Positions 19,000 to 27,386 of a stretch of DNA of 64,000 nt are shown here, piece after piece (the stretch's first letter is position 1; each line of letters begins with the position of its first letter). This DNA comes from Woeseiaceae bacterium. GTDB taxonomy: Bacteria; Pseudomonadota; Gammaproteobacteria; Steroidobacterales; Woeseiaceae. The position numbers and the translations under genes are program-made. The stretch lies in the NCBI GenBank assembly GCA_036381215.1, contig DASVDF010000050.1, positions 29,379-93,378 on the forward strand, read 5' to 3'. Under the pieces are notes generated by a model. The model did not search any database and had not been told where the DNA came from. It saw only the letters and a program-made list of their open reading frames with translations.

Positions 19000-20808
19000 T
19001 CACGCCACGCGATTGCGCCCCGCGCGCTTCGCGCTGTACAGGCGGCCGTCGGCTTCCCGCAGCAGCTCGGCCGTCGCTCCGGCGCCGTCCCACTGATAAA
19101 GGCCGATGCTGAGGGTCACCCGCAGGTTGGGGTTGATCCGGGTCCAGTCGTGCGCTTCGACGGCACGGCGCACGGCCTCGCAGAATACCAGAGCCGCATC
19201 GCGGGACATCCCGGGGAGGATGAGCGCGAACTCCTCGCCGCCGATGCGGGCAACCAGGTCCGTCGAGCGGCAGAGCGTCCGCATCAGCTTCGCGCATTGC
19301 CGCAGCACTTCGTCCCCCACGGCGTGACCCAGGCGGTCGTTGATTACCTTGAAGTCGTCGAGATCGGCGACCGCCAGTGTCAGCGGCTGGCCGACCGATG
19401 CGGCAACCCTGACCTCGTCTTCGAGCCGCTGGGCGAAGTGGCGGCGATTCGCAATGCCGGTCAGCGGATCCTCCTGCGTCTCGCGCTCCAGCACGCGGCT
19501 GCGTTCACGCAAGGCGGCGATGAGCCGCTCCTTTTCGCTGTTCGCCCGCTCGAGCTCGGCGGTGCGCTCCGCGACCCGCTTCTCGAGATCCTTGCGGTAG
19601 CTCTCCAGGTCCTCGAACGCCCGCGCATCGGCGACGGCAGCGCTCACCTGCCCCGCGACCTGGCGCAGCAGGTGCAGGTCCGCGTCCGACCAGGTGCCGG
19701 CCCGCGCATGGCTCACGGAGAGCACGCCGATCACCGTGCCGTCCTCGATCAACGGGACGGCGATCAGCGAGCCGGAGTCCCGCTCCGTGGCGTCGGCCTC
19801 CCGGCGCAGTGGCTCCGGCGCGAGCGCCCAGTCCTCGATCAGCACGGCCTCCTGCCGCTCCACGATCCAGCGGAACAGGCCGGCCGGGAGCGGGCATTCG
19901 CCTCCGCTCGACCGGCGTCCGTCCTTCTCGTGCAGCCGCACGTCGGGCACGCCGGCTTCTGCATCGACGAGGCAAAGCGTCAACTCGTCGAAGCGGAACA
20001 GCGCGGCGATCTCGGTGCGGATGCGGGACGCGAGCTCGTCCAGCCGGCGCGCGCCGAACAACGACGTGCGAGTGGCGGCGAGATTGACGAGCGGCCGTTG
20101 AGACATGCTGCGGCCGCCGGGAGCACGATGCAGGCGGTTGAAGCTCAGCACGAATATCGCCATCAGCACCACGAACAGCGTGAAGACGGGCGGCGCGGCG
20201 GTATTGAAGAGCACGGCTGCAAGGACGCCGGCGGGAACGAACATCAGGTCGATCAGGGAATAGATCGGTTTGATCAGGCGGCGTACGTCGCGTCGGTCGA
20301 GCCGGAAGTACAACGCCAGGAGGGCGACGTTCACGCCCTGCGCGACGAGCGCCATCGCGACCAGCGGCAGCAGGTCGGGCATACCGATGCCAGTGAGCGG
20401 ATGCTCGCCGCCGAGCGCGAGATAAGCATCGCCGGCCAGGAGCAGCATGAGAGCGGTCATTGCCGCGTTGTGCACGCCCCGCAATACCGCCACCCGCGGC
20501 GATCCCTGGCTGTAGCGGCGGTTGATCAGCGGCCAGACCAGCGATGCGGCGCCGCAGATCGTGGCGGCGATCGCGGGATCGAGCACGAGCAGCAGGCCGA
20601 TCTGCGGCAGCCGTTCCATCGAGGCCAGGCCGACGCGCGGCGCGGGCACGCCGAAATGGAATACGGTGAGCGAGGCGGCGATGCAGAGCGCGACGACCCA
20701 CGCGGCCGGAAAGTCCGGCGCCGCGGCAAGATCGTGAGCGAGCCACGCGGCCGTCAGGGCAGCGAGCAGCACGGAATAGACCGCGAGTCCGCGGTAGCGA
20801 ACAGCCAT
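19000..20808 (-). CDS. membrane-anchored GAF-GGDEF diguanylate cyclase
   Basis: 602-aa track ORF. It has a multi-TM N-terminus, a GAF-like middle and a coiled-coil linker. The active site is GGEEF (RIGGEEFALILPG) with an RSTD I-site 5 residues upstream. Confidence 0.85.
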   Translation of the reverse strand: MAVRYRGLAVYSVLLAALTAAWLAHDLAAAPDFPAAWVVALCIAASLTVFHFGVPAPRVGLASMERLPQIGLLLVLDPAIAATICGAASLVWPLINRRYSQGSPRVAVLRGVHNAAMTALMLLLAGDAYLALGGEHPLTGIGMPDLLPLVAMALVAQGVNVALLALYFRLDRRDVRRLIKPIYSLIDLMFVPAGVLAAVLFNTAAPPVFTLFVVLMAIFVLSFNRLHRAPGGRSMSQRPLVNLAATRTSLFGARRLDELASRIRTEIAALFRFDELTLCLVDAEAGVPDVRLHEKDGRRSSGGECPLPAGLFRWIVERQEAVLIEDWALAPEPLRREADATERDSGSLIAVPLIEDGTVIGVLSVSHARAGTWSDADLHLLRQVAGQVSAAVADARAFEDLESYRKDLEKRVAERTAELERANSEKERLIAALRERSRVLERETQEDPLTGIANRRHFAQRLEDEVRVAASVGQPLTLAVADLDDFKVINDRLGHAVGDEVLRQCAKLMRTLCRSTDLVARIGGEEFALILPGMSRDAALVFCEAVRRAVEAHDWTRINPNLRVTLSIGLYQWDGAGATAELLREADGRLYSAKRAGRNRVA

Positions 20809-20993
20809 GGAGCCCGAGTCTAGGGAGGCGGCCGGCGCCGCGCCCGGAGCAGGGTCACAGTTGCCGCAGGGCGCGGCCTGCCACCAATACCAGCTCGGCG
20901 ACCACCGGGGCTCGTGCGTCAGCGCTACGACCTATATCATCCGGCTCGGCACGAGTTGCGACGGATACAGGCGTGACGATGAATGGTATCGCC

Positions 20994-21053
20994 GCAGGAG
21001 CGCGCATCGCGCGCGCCCGGGATCGTTGGTCGCGCGCGATACGCGCTCCTGCA
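20994..21053. repeat. inverted pair of REP-like palindromic elements
   Basis: GCAGGAGCGCGCATCGCGCGCGCCCGG (20994-21020) faces GGTCGCGCGCGATACGCGCTCCTGCA (21028-21053). It belongs to the same family as the copies at 34475, 35648, 36641 and 42736. Confidence 0.55.
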
Positions 21054-21095
21054 GCGTATTTCCGGCGGCCGTGCGAAGGCACGCGAAGGAAAGGA

Positions 21096-23969
21096 ATGGC
21101 TCTCCTTTTCGCGCTCGTGCTCGGCGCGTGCTCGCAGGGCACGCCGGACGCCGCACGCCGCTGGCAGGCCACGCCCGACGGCCTCGTCGTCGATCTCGAC
21201 GAGGGCGACTTTCGGCGCCTGCGCCTGCAGGTGATCGACCCGGCCATCGTGCGCGTCACCGCCACGCCGCAAGCCGATTTCTCGAACCTGCCGGAACCGC
21301 TCATGGTGGTCGCCGGGCCCGGCGGCGCCGCGTTCGAGACGGCGGAGGTGGACGGCAGCGTCCGGCTGCGGACGGATGAGCTGACGGCGGAAGTCGCGCT
21401 GGACACCGGCGCGGTGACGTTCCGCGACGCCCGCGGCGAGCTGCTGCTCGCGGAAGCGGCGCGGAGTCTCGCGCCCGTCACCCGCGATCCGGGTACCGTC
21501 GATGCGGACTCGTTCGCCGTCCGCCAGCAGTTCACGCGCGGCGCGGACGCGGGGCTCTACGGCCTCGGCCAGCAGCAGGACGGCGACGTGAACCACGCCG
21601 GCGACAACGTGACGCTCACGACACATAACCTCGTGATCAGCATTCCGTTCCTCGTATCGACACGCGGCTGGGGGCTCCTGTGGAACAACGCGTCGGTGAC
21701 GCGCGTCGGTTCGCCCGAGCCCGCACAGCCGCTCGCGGCCGGCTTCGAGCTCGTCGACGCCGACGGCGAGCCGGGCGCGCTGACCGCGCGCTATTACCAG
21801 GGCAACGAGCTCGTGCTCGAGCAGCGTGAAACGGATCCCGACTACCAGTTCCTCGACCACGGCAGCGTGCGCGAGCATGCCTTTCCCGAGGCCGCCGGCG
21901 ACCCTGCGACGCTGCGCGTCGTCTGGGAGGGCACGCTCGTGCCGCGCCGGAGCGGCGCGTACGACCTCGAGATGTACTCGAGCGGCTACGCGAAGCTCGC
22001 GCTGGACGGCAAGACGCTGCTCGACCGCTGGCGCGTCAACTGGAATCCCTGGTTCCACGAGACCCGGGTCGAGCTCGCGGCCGGCAGGCGCTATCCGCTG
22101 CGCGTGGAATGGACCGCGCAGGGCGGCTACTTCCGCCTGTTGCAGTATTCGCCGCCGACCCCGGGGCAGGCGCGGCGCCTGTCTATCGCCTCGGAGACCG
22201 GCAAGGCCGTCGATTACTACTTCGTCGCCGCCGCGGACCCGGATGCGGCGATCGCCGGTTACCGGCGGCTCACCGGCAAGGCGGTCATGCTGCCGAAATG
22301 GGCATACGGCTTCTGGCAGAGCCGCGAGCGTTACAGGACGGAGGACGAGCTCGTCGGCGTGCTCGAGGAATACCGCAGGCGCGGCATCCCGATCGACAAC
22401 CTCGTGCTCGACTGGTTCTACTGGCCCGAAGACGCGTGGGGCAGTCACGCTTTCGACGCAGCGCGTTTCCCCGACCCGAAGGCGATGGTCGAGAAAGTCC
22501 ACGCGCTCGATGCGCACGTGATGATCTCGGTGTGGCCGAAGTTCTATCCCGCGACGGAGCACTACCGCGCGCTGAACGACCGGGGCTGCATGTTCAACAA
22601 GAACATCGAGCGAGGCAACCTCGACTGGGTCGGACCCGGCTACGCGGACGCGTTCTACGACGCGTTCGATGCGGACTGCGGCGCGCTCTACTGGCAACAG
22701 GTGCACGACAGCCTCGACGTGCTCGGCTTCGACGCCTGGTGGCTGGACGCCAGCGAGCCGGACATGCATTCCAATCTCTCGCCAGGCGAGCGCAAGGACC
22801 TGATGACGCCGAATGCGCGCGGCACCGGCGCCGAAGTGTTCAACGCCTATGCGCTGCCGCACGCCGAGACCGTGTATGCCGGAGAGCGCGATGCCGGCGA
22901 CGACCGCCGCGCGTTCATCCTGACGCGCTCGGGCTTCGGCGGCATCCAGCGCGCCGCTGCCGCGGTCTGGAGCGGCGACGTGGGCTCGCGCTGGGGAAAC
23001 CTGCGCGAGCAGATCGCCGCAGGCATCGGCATCGGTCTGTCCGGGATGCCGTACTGGACGTTCGACATCGGCGGCTTCACGCCCGAGGACCGCTTCCGCT
23101 GGGCCGCGTCGGGCGACGCATTGTCCATAGCCGGCATGGCACCGGAGCTGCGCGACGAATGGCAGGAGCTGAACCTGCGCTGGTTCCAGTTCGGGGCGTT
23201 CGCACCGCTGTTCCGTTCCCATGGACAGAGCCCGTATCGCGAGATCTTCAACCTCTCCCAAGAGGGCAGCGACGTCTACGACAGCCTCGTCTACTACACG
23301 CAGCTGCGCTACCGGCTGCTGCCCTACATCTATACGCTCGCGGGCGATGCGTGGCAGCGTGACGGCACGCTCATGCGCGGGCTGGTGATGGATTTCCCTG
23401 ACGATCCGCAAGCGCGGGACGTCGCGACGGAGTACCTGTTCGGCCCGGCCTTCCTGGTCGCACCGGTGTACGAGCCGGGCGCGCGCCGCCGCGAGCTGTA
23501 CCTGCCGGCCGGCGCGGACTGGTACGACTTCTACACGGGCGAGCAGCACGCGGGCGGGCAGGCGATTGCCGCCGCTGCCCCGCTCACACGACTGCCGCTC
23601 TTCGTGCGCGCGGGAGCCATCGTGCCCAGCGGGCCCGCGATTCAACACACGGGCGAGAGCCTGAACGCGCCGCTCACGCTGAACGTGTACACGGGAGCAG
23701 ACGGCACGTTCGACATCTACGAGGACGACGGCACGAGCTACGACTACGAGCGCGGCGAGTGGTCGCGCATTCCGCTGCGCTGGGACGAGGTGCGCGGCGA
23801 GCTCACGATCGGCGCGCGCGTCGGTGGGTTCGAGGAGATGGCGAACGAGCGGCGCATCACGGTGCGCTGGATCGACGGACCGGACCCGCAGGCCGCGAAC
23901 TTCGACGCTGCGCCGGATGCGACGGTCACGTACCGGGGAGAGCCGCTGACGCTCGAGCGGCCGGACTGA
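21096..23969 (+). CDS. GH31 glycoside hydrolase (alpha-xylosidase/alpha-glucosidase-like) lipoprotein with PA14-like insertion
   Basis: Start trimmed to MALLFALVLGACSQG (lipobox LGAC) after the RBS GAAGGAAAGGA. GH31 regions: WFYWPEDAWGSHAFD and DAWWLDASEPD. The PA14-like segment is VVWEGTLVPRRSGAYDLEMYSSGYAKLALDG. Confidence 0.85.
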   Translation: MALLFALVLGACSQGTPDAARRWQATPDGLVVDLDEGDFRRLRLQVIDPAIVRVTATPQADFSNLPEPLMVVAGPGGAAFETAEVDGSVRLRTDELTAEVALDTGAVTFRDARGELLLAEAARSLAPVTRDPGTVDADSFAVRQQFTRGADAGLYGLGQQQDGDVNHAGDNVTLTTHNLVISIPFLVSTRGWGLLWNNASVTRVGSPEPAQPLAAGFELVDADGEPGALTARYYQGNELVLEQRETDPDYQFLDHGSVREHAFPEAAGDPATLRVVWEGTLVPRRSGAYDLEMYSSGYAKLALDGKTLLDRWRVNWNPWFHETRVELAAGRRYPLRVEWTAQGGYFRLLQYSPPTPGQARRLSIASETGKAVDYYFVAAADPDAAIAGYRRLTGKAVMLPKWAYGFWQSRERYRTEDELVGVLEEYRRRGIPIDNLVLDWFYWPEDAWGSHAFDAARFPDPKAMVEKVHALDAHVMISVWPKFYPATEHYRALNDRGCMFNKNIERGNLDWVGPGYADAFYDAFDADCGALYWQQVHDSLDVLGFDAWWLDASEPDMHSNLSPGERKDLMTPNARGTGAEVFNAYALPHAETVYAGERDAGDDRRAFILTRSGFGGIQRAAAAVWSGDVGSRWGNLREQIAAGIGIGLSGMPYWTFDIGGFTPEDRFRWAASGDALSIAGMAPELRDEWQELNLRWFQFGAFAPLFRSHGQSPYREIFNLSQEGSDVYDSLVYYTQLRYRLLPYIYTLAGDAWQRDGTLMRGLVMDFPDDPQARDVATEYLFGPAFLVAPVYEPGARRRELYLPAGADWYDFYTGEQHAGGQAIAAAAPLTRLPLFVRAGAIVPSGPAIQHTGESLNAPLTLNVYTGADGTFDIYEDDGTSYDYERGEWSRIPLRWDEVRGELTIGARVGGFEEMANERRITVRWIDGPDPQAANFDAAPDATVTYRGEPLTLERPD

Positions 23970-24018
23970 CTGCCTCGCCCGTTTCGCGGCGTTCGCGCGG
24001 CCGCGGCTTTGTTGCTCG

Positions 24019-24291
24019 TCAGAAGAGCGCGGCAAGCGTCGCGCGCTGGTGCCAGATCATCACCAGGCCGGACAGGACCTGCAGCCAGTCTGCCGGCGCA
24101 TGCGCGAACGAGACGGCACCGAGCAGCGCGCCGACGATCGCGCCGGGGATGCCCCAGCCGACCACCGTCCAGTCGACGCTCCTGCGGAACACGAGCAGGC
24201 GGCCGCCGTCGCCGATGAGTGAGGCGAGGGTGACGACCGGCGCCACCGCCTGCGCCCCGGCGATGAACCCGGTGAGCGGAACCAGCAGCAT
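24019..24291 (-). CDS. half-size TSUP/TauE-like membrane protein (or truncated remnant)
   Basis: 90-aa track ORF. The open frame extends upstream to 24381 and then reads ...LDFILLALSGFVAWIVSTIAGGGGAMLLVPL, the N-terminal TSUP motif. There is no ATG/GTG/TTG upstream of 24291, so the true start is unclear. Confidence 0.45.
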   Translation of the reverse strand: MLLVPLTGFIAGAQAVAPVVTLASLIGDGGRLLVFRRSVDWTVVGWGIPGAIVGALLGAVSFAHAPADWLQVLSGLVMIWHQRATLAALF

Positions 24292-24539
24292 CGCACCGCC
24301 GCCGCCGGCGATCGTCGAGACGATCCACGCGACGAACCCCGAGAGGGCGAGAAGGATGAAGTCGAGCGCTCGGTCCTCCGGCCGGGCAGGGCGCCCGCTG
24401 GGTGCGCATTAGACGCCGGCGGACCGGCCCGTCGTCAAGGGCAGCGCTGCGTGAAGCGGATGGCGAAGACTTTCGCGAGCGGCCTGGAGACGGCGTGCGC
24501 GAGCCGCGGCATGCCGCCAGACGAGCGGCGGCCTTCGTC

Positions 24540-25463
24540 TCACCCGGCCGGCGGCCCGGCGGCACACTCCGCGGACATGAGATCGTGGTACAGGCCGGCG
24601 AGTTGCTCCGTAACCGGCCCCGGCACCTTGCCGAGCCGGCGTCCGTCGAGCGCGGCCACGGGCATCACGCCGCCGAAGGTGCCGGTCACGAAGGCCTCGT
24701 CGGCGTTGTACGCCTCGGCCAGCGTGAAGTCGCGCTCGCTCACCGGAATGCCGTTCGCGCGGCAGAGCGCGACGACCTGGCCGCGGGTGATGCCCTTGAA
24801 GCAATAGCGGCCGCTCGAAGTGATGACCTCGCCGCCGCGCACGGCGAAGAAGTTGGTCGCGTTGCAGCTGGCGACGAAGCCTCTGGTATCGAGCATCAGC
24901 GCCTCGTCGGCGCCGACCCCGGCCACCTGCAGCAGCGCCTGGATGAAGTTCAGGCGGCTGTGCGTGTTCAGCTGCATGTCGAACACGTCGGGCGTGCTCG
25001 TGCGGTAGGTCGAGGTGACCAGGGTGAGGCCGCGGCTGCGGATCTCTGCCGGCGGTTCCTTGTATTCGGCGACGATCACCACGGTGGGTTTGCCCGCCGT
25101 CGACCGCGGATCCTGGCTCGGCGTCATCTTGATGCCGCGCGTCACCATCAGGCGGACGTGCACGCCGTCCGTCATGCCGTTCGCGCGCACCGTGTCGTAG
25201 AGCGCCCGGGTCAGCGCGGCGCGATCGAGCTGCAGCGCGATCGCGAGCGCACGCGCGGCGGCGAACAGCCGATCGAGGTGCAAGTCGAGAAATGCGAAAC
25301 GGCCGTTCACCAGCCGCAGGCCTTCCCACACGCCGTCGCCCAGCACGAAGCCGGCGTCGAACACCGAGACGTGCGCCTCGGCGCGCGGCACGAGCTCGCC
25401 GTTCAACCAGATCTGCACCCGCTCGTTGCGCGGGTCCGGAGCGAATCCCTGTGAGCCGACCAT
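24540..25463 (-). CDS. class IV (branched-chain / D-amino-acid type) aminotransferase
   Basis: 307-aa track ORF. VSVFDAGFVLGDGVWEGLR, HVRLMVTRG and LMLDTRGFVASCNATNFF are typical fold-type IV PLP enzyme regions. Confidence 0.85.
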   Translation of the reverse strand: MVGSQGFAPDPRNERVQIWLNGELVPRAEAHVSVFDAGFVLGDGVWEGLRLVNGRFAFLDLHLDRLFAAARALAIALQLDRAALTRALYDTVRANGMTDGVHVRLMVTRGIKMTPSQDPRSTAGKPTVVIVAEYKEPPAEIRSRGLTLVTSTYRTSTPDVFDMQLNTHSRLNFIQALLQVAGVGADEALMLDTRGFVASCNATNFFAVRGGEVITSSGRYCFKGITRGQVVALCRANGIPVSERDFTLAEAYNADEAFVTGTFGGVMPVAALDGRRLGKVPGPVTEQLAGLYHDLMSAECAAGPPAG

Positions 25464-26230
25464 CAGGTCTCCTGCACGCCGAGGCGGTACGGCAGCAGCC
25501 GTTCATAGAAAGGTAAGGCGGCCTCGATGACCGGCAGCAGCTCGGCCGGCGGCTCCGCCGGTGGCCGGGGAGCCGCGAAGCCCGTGGAGCGCTCGACCGA
25601 CGCGTACCAGTGCGGCGCCCACACGCCGTCCGTCGGGCGCGGGCCCGGCGGCCAGCGCAGCATGTGCTCGTCGAACCCGATGCCGAGCGCTCCGCAGAGC
25701 GCCGTCAGGGCACGCGGCGGATCGGCGAGCACGTCCGCGGCGTCCACGACCGGCGGAGCGTCGCCTGACCTGTCGGCAACGCGCTCGAAGAGCTCGTGCT
25801 GGCGCGCGAACCCGAGCTCGTCCAGCCGCGGCACGCCGCCGCGCGCGCGGGCATAGGAAACGACGACCTCGCGCGGATGGCGGATCAGGAACACGCTGGC
25901 GACGCGTTCCAGCCAGTCGAGCGGCGCCTCATCGAGCATGTGATGCGTCATGTGCTTCTGGTAGTGAATGCGCCGGCCCGGAGCCAGCGGCTGGAACAGC
26001 GACTCGACGACGGCATCCCAGTCCGTCACGCCGGCGGCGAGCACCGTTTCGCGCAGCGGATGATCCGCGCCGCTCGCGGCGAGATAGCAGGCGTAGAAGG
26101 GCTCGTCGACGACTTCGGTATCCGGCCGGTTTTCCCAGGCCCGCAGCATGGCGGTCGAGATGTTGCGGGGCCCGGACCACATGGCGATCCTGAGGACGCC
26201 GTCGTCCGCTTGGCCGGAGCGATGAGGCAT
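25463..26230 (-). CDS. sulfotransferase-like P-loop protein (BCAT-associated family)
   Basis: Start trimmed to MPHRSGQADDGVLRIAMWSGPRNISTAMLRAWENRPD. The stop shares one base with the aminotransferase start (TGATG at 25461-25465). Confidence 0.6.
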   Translation of the reverse strand: MPHRSGQADDGVLRIAMWSGPRNISTAMLRAWENRPDTEVVDEPFYACYLAASGADHPLRETVLAAGVTDWDAVVESLFQPLAPGRRIHYQKHMTHHMLDEAPLDWLERVASVFLIRHPREVVVSYARARGGVPRLDELGFARQHELFERVADRSGDAPPVVDAADVLADPPRALTALCGALGIGFDEHMLRWPPGPRPTDGVWAPHWYASVERSTGFAAPRPPAEPPAELLPVIEAALPFYERLLPYRLGVQET

Positions 26231-26340
26231 GCCGTCAGTGTACAACGCCGGCAGAGGCTGAAGCCGGTTCGGTTCCGCCGCTCCGGCGCGTTGCGGATTC
26301 GTGGTCACGGGCGGGTACCGCGCCCGGGTTCCCGGGAAAA

Positions 26341-26401
26341 GCAACTTCACGGTTGCATTTCGAGGGCCGCACGGTTACCGTAAACGCAACCTCAGGGTTG
26401 C
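26341..26401 (+). promoter_or_regulatory. two inverted repeats, candidate ArsR-family operators
   Basis: GCAAC-ttcacg-GTTGC (26341-26356) and GCAACC-tcag-GGTTGC (26386-26401) lie just upstream of the SRPBCC-ArsR gene pair. Confidence 0.3.
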
Positions 26402-26421
26402 TGATCACACGGACTACCGAC

Positions 26422-26913
26422 ATGTCGAACACCGATCGCATCGAGAAGCAGGTGATCCTGCGCGCGCCGCGCGAGCAGGTCTGGCGCGCCATCGCCAACG
26501 CCGGCGAATTCGGCACGTGGTTCGGCGCCGAGCTCGACGCACCGTTCGTGGCCGGCACGATCGTCCCGGCCCGCATCGTCCCCACGAAAGTGGACCCGGA
26601 GGTGGCGAAAAAGCAGGAGCCGCACGCAGGCAAAGCGTTCCGCATCGAGGTCGAGCGCGTGGAGCCGATGTCGCGTCTCTCCTTCCGCTGGCAGCCCTAC
26701 GAAGCGGAGGGCGAGGCGGACTTCACGAGCACGCCGACGACGCTGGTCGAGTTCGTCCTCGAGGACCATCCGCAGGGCACGCTGCTGACGATCACCGAGT
26801 CCGGGTTCGACCGCATCCCGCTCGCAAAGCGCGCCGAGGCGTTCGCGTCCAACGAGCAGGGCTGGGCCATCCAGGCCACGCTCATCGCCAGTTACCTGGC
26901 GCGGGATACCTGA
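26422..26913 (+). CDS. SRPBCC/AHSA1 (activator of Hsp90 ATPase homologue 1-like) domain protein
   Basis: Start trimmed to MSNTDRIEKQVILRAPREQVWRAIANAGEFGTWFG, the typical AHSA1-family opening. Usually paired with an ArsR regulator, as here. Confidence 0.75.
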   Translation: MSNTDRIEKQVILRAPREQVWRAIANAGEFGTWFGAELDAPFVAGTIVPARIVPTKVDPEVAKKQEPHAGKAFRIEVERVEPMSRLSFRWQPYEAEGEADFTSTPTTLVEFVLEDHPQGTLLTITESGFDRIPLAKRAEAFASNEQGWAIQATLIASYLARDT

Positions 26914-26923
26914 GCCGGCCGCC

Positions 26924-27271
26924 ATGCCGGGCAAACACGGCGCCGGCGGGCTGTCTGACGCTCTGCCCGTCTTCATGGCACTCGGCCACGCAGCGCGCCT
27001 CGAGATCGTCGGCCGGCTCAGCCGCGAAGGTCCGCTGTCGATCTCGCGACTCACGGACGGCACGCGGCTGACCCGCCAGGCGGTGAGCAAGCACCTGCGC
27101 GTGCTTGCCCGTGCGGGGCTGATCCGCGACCACCGGCGCGGCCGCGAGCGCATCTGGCGCATTCGCGCCCGCAAGCTCGACGAGGTACGCCGCTGCCTCG
27201 ACCAGATCTCCGCGCAATGGGACGACGCGATCGGCCGCCTGCAGGCGCTCGTCGAGCACAAGAGCGACTGA
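26924..27271 (+). CDS. ArsR/SmtB family transcriptional regulator
   Basis: 115-aa track ORF with the winged HTH ISRLTDGTRLTRQAVSKHLRVLARAGLI. Confidence 0.85.
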   Translation: MPGKHGAGGLSDALPVFMALGHAARLEIVGRLSREGPLSISRLTDGTRLTRQAVSKHLRVLARAGLIRDHRRGRERIWRIRARKLDEVRRCLDQISAQWDDAIGRLQALVEHKSD

Positions 27272-27386
27272 CGTTGGTCGTGTATATCGGCGCGGGCGAC
27301 GACGCGCAGCCGTCGCCAGCAGCTCGTTCGTGTCGGCGATGACACTCTGATATCGTCGGGCGGTTCTGGCGATCGGGGAGGTAGTC

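Noticed and set aside
20937-24035. 1032-aa minus-strand ORF
   Set aside because: It is exactly antisense to the GH31 gene. Its composition is dominated by R/A/V/E/H with no recognisable domain. This is a typical shadow ORF of a high-GC coding region.
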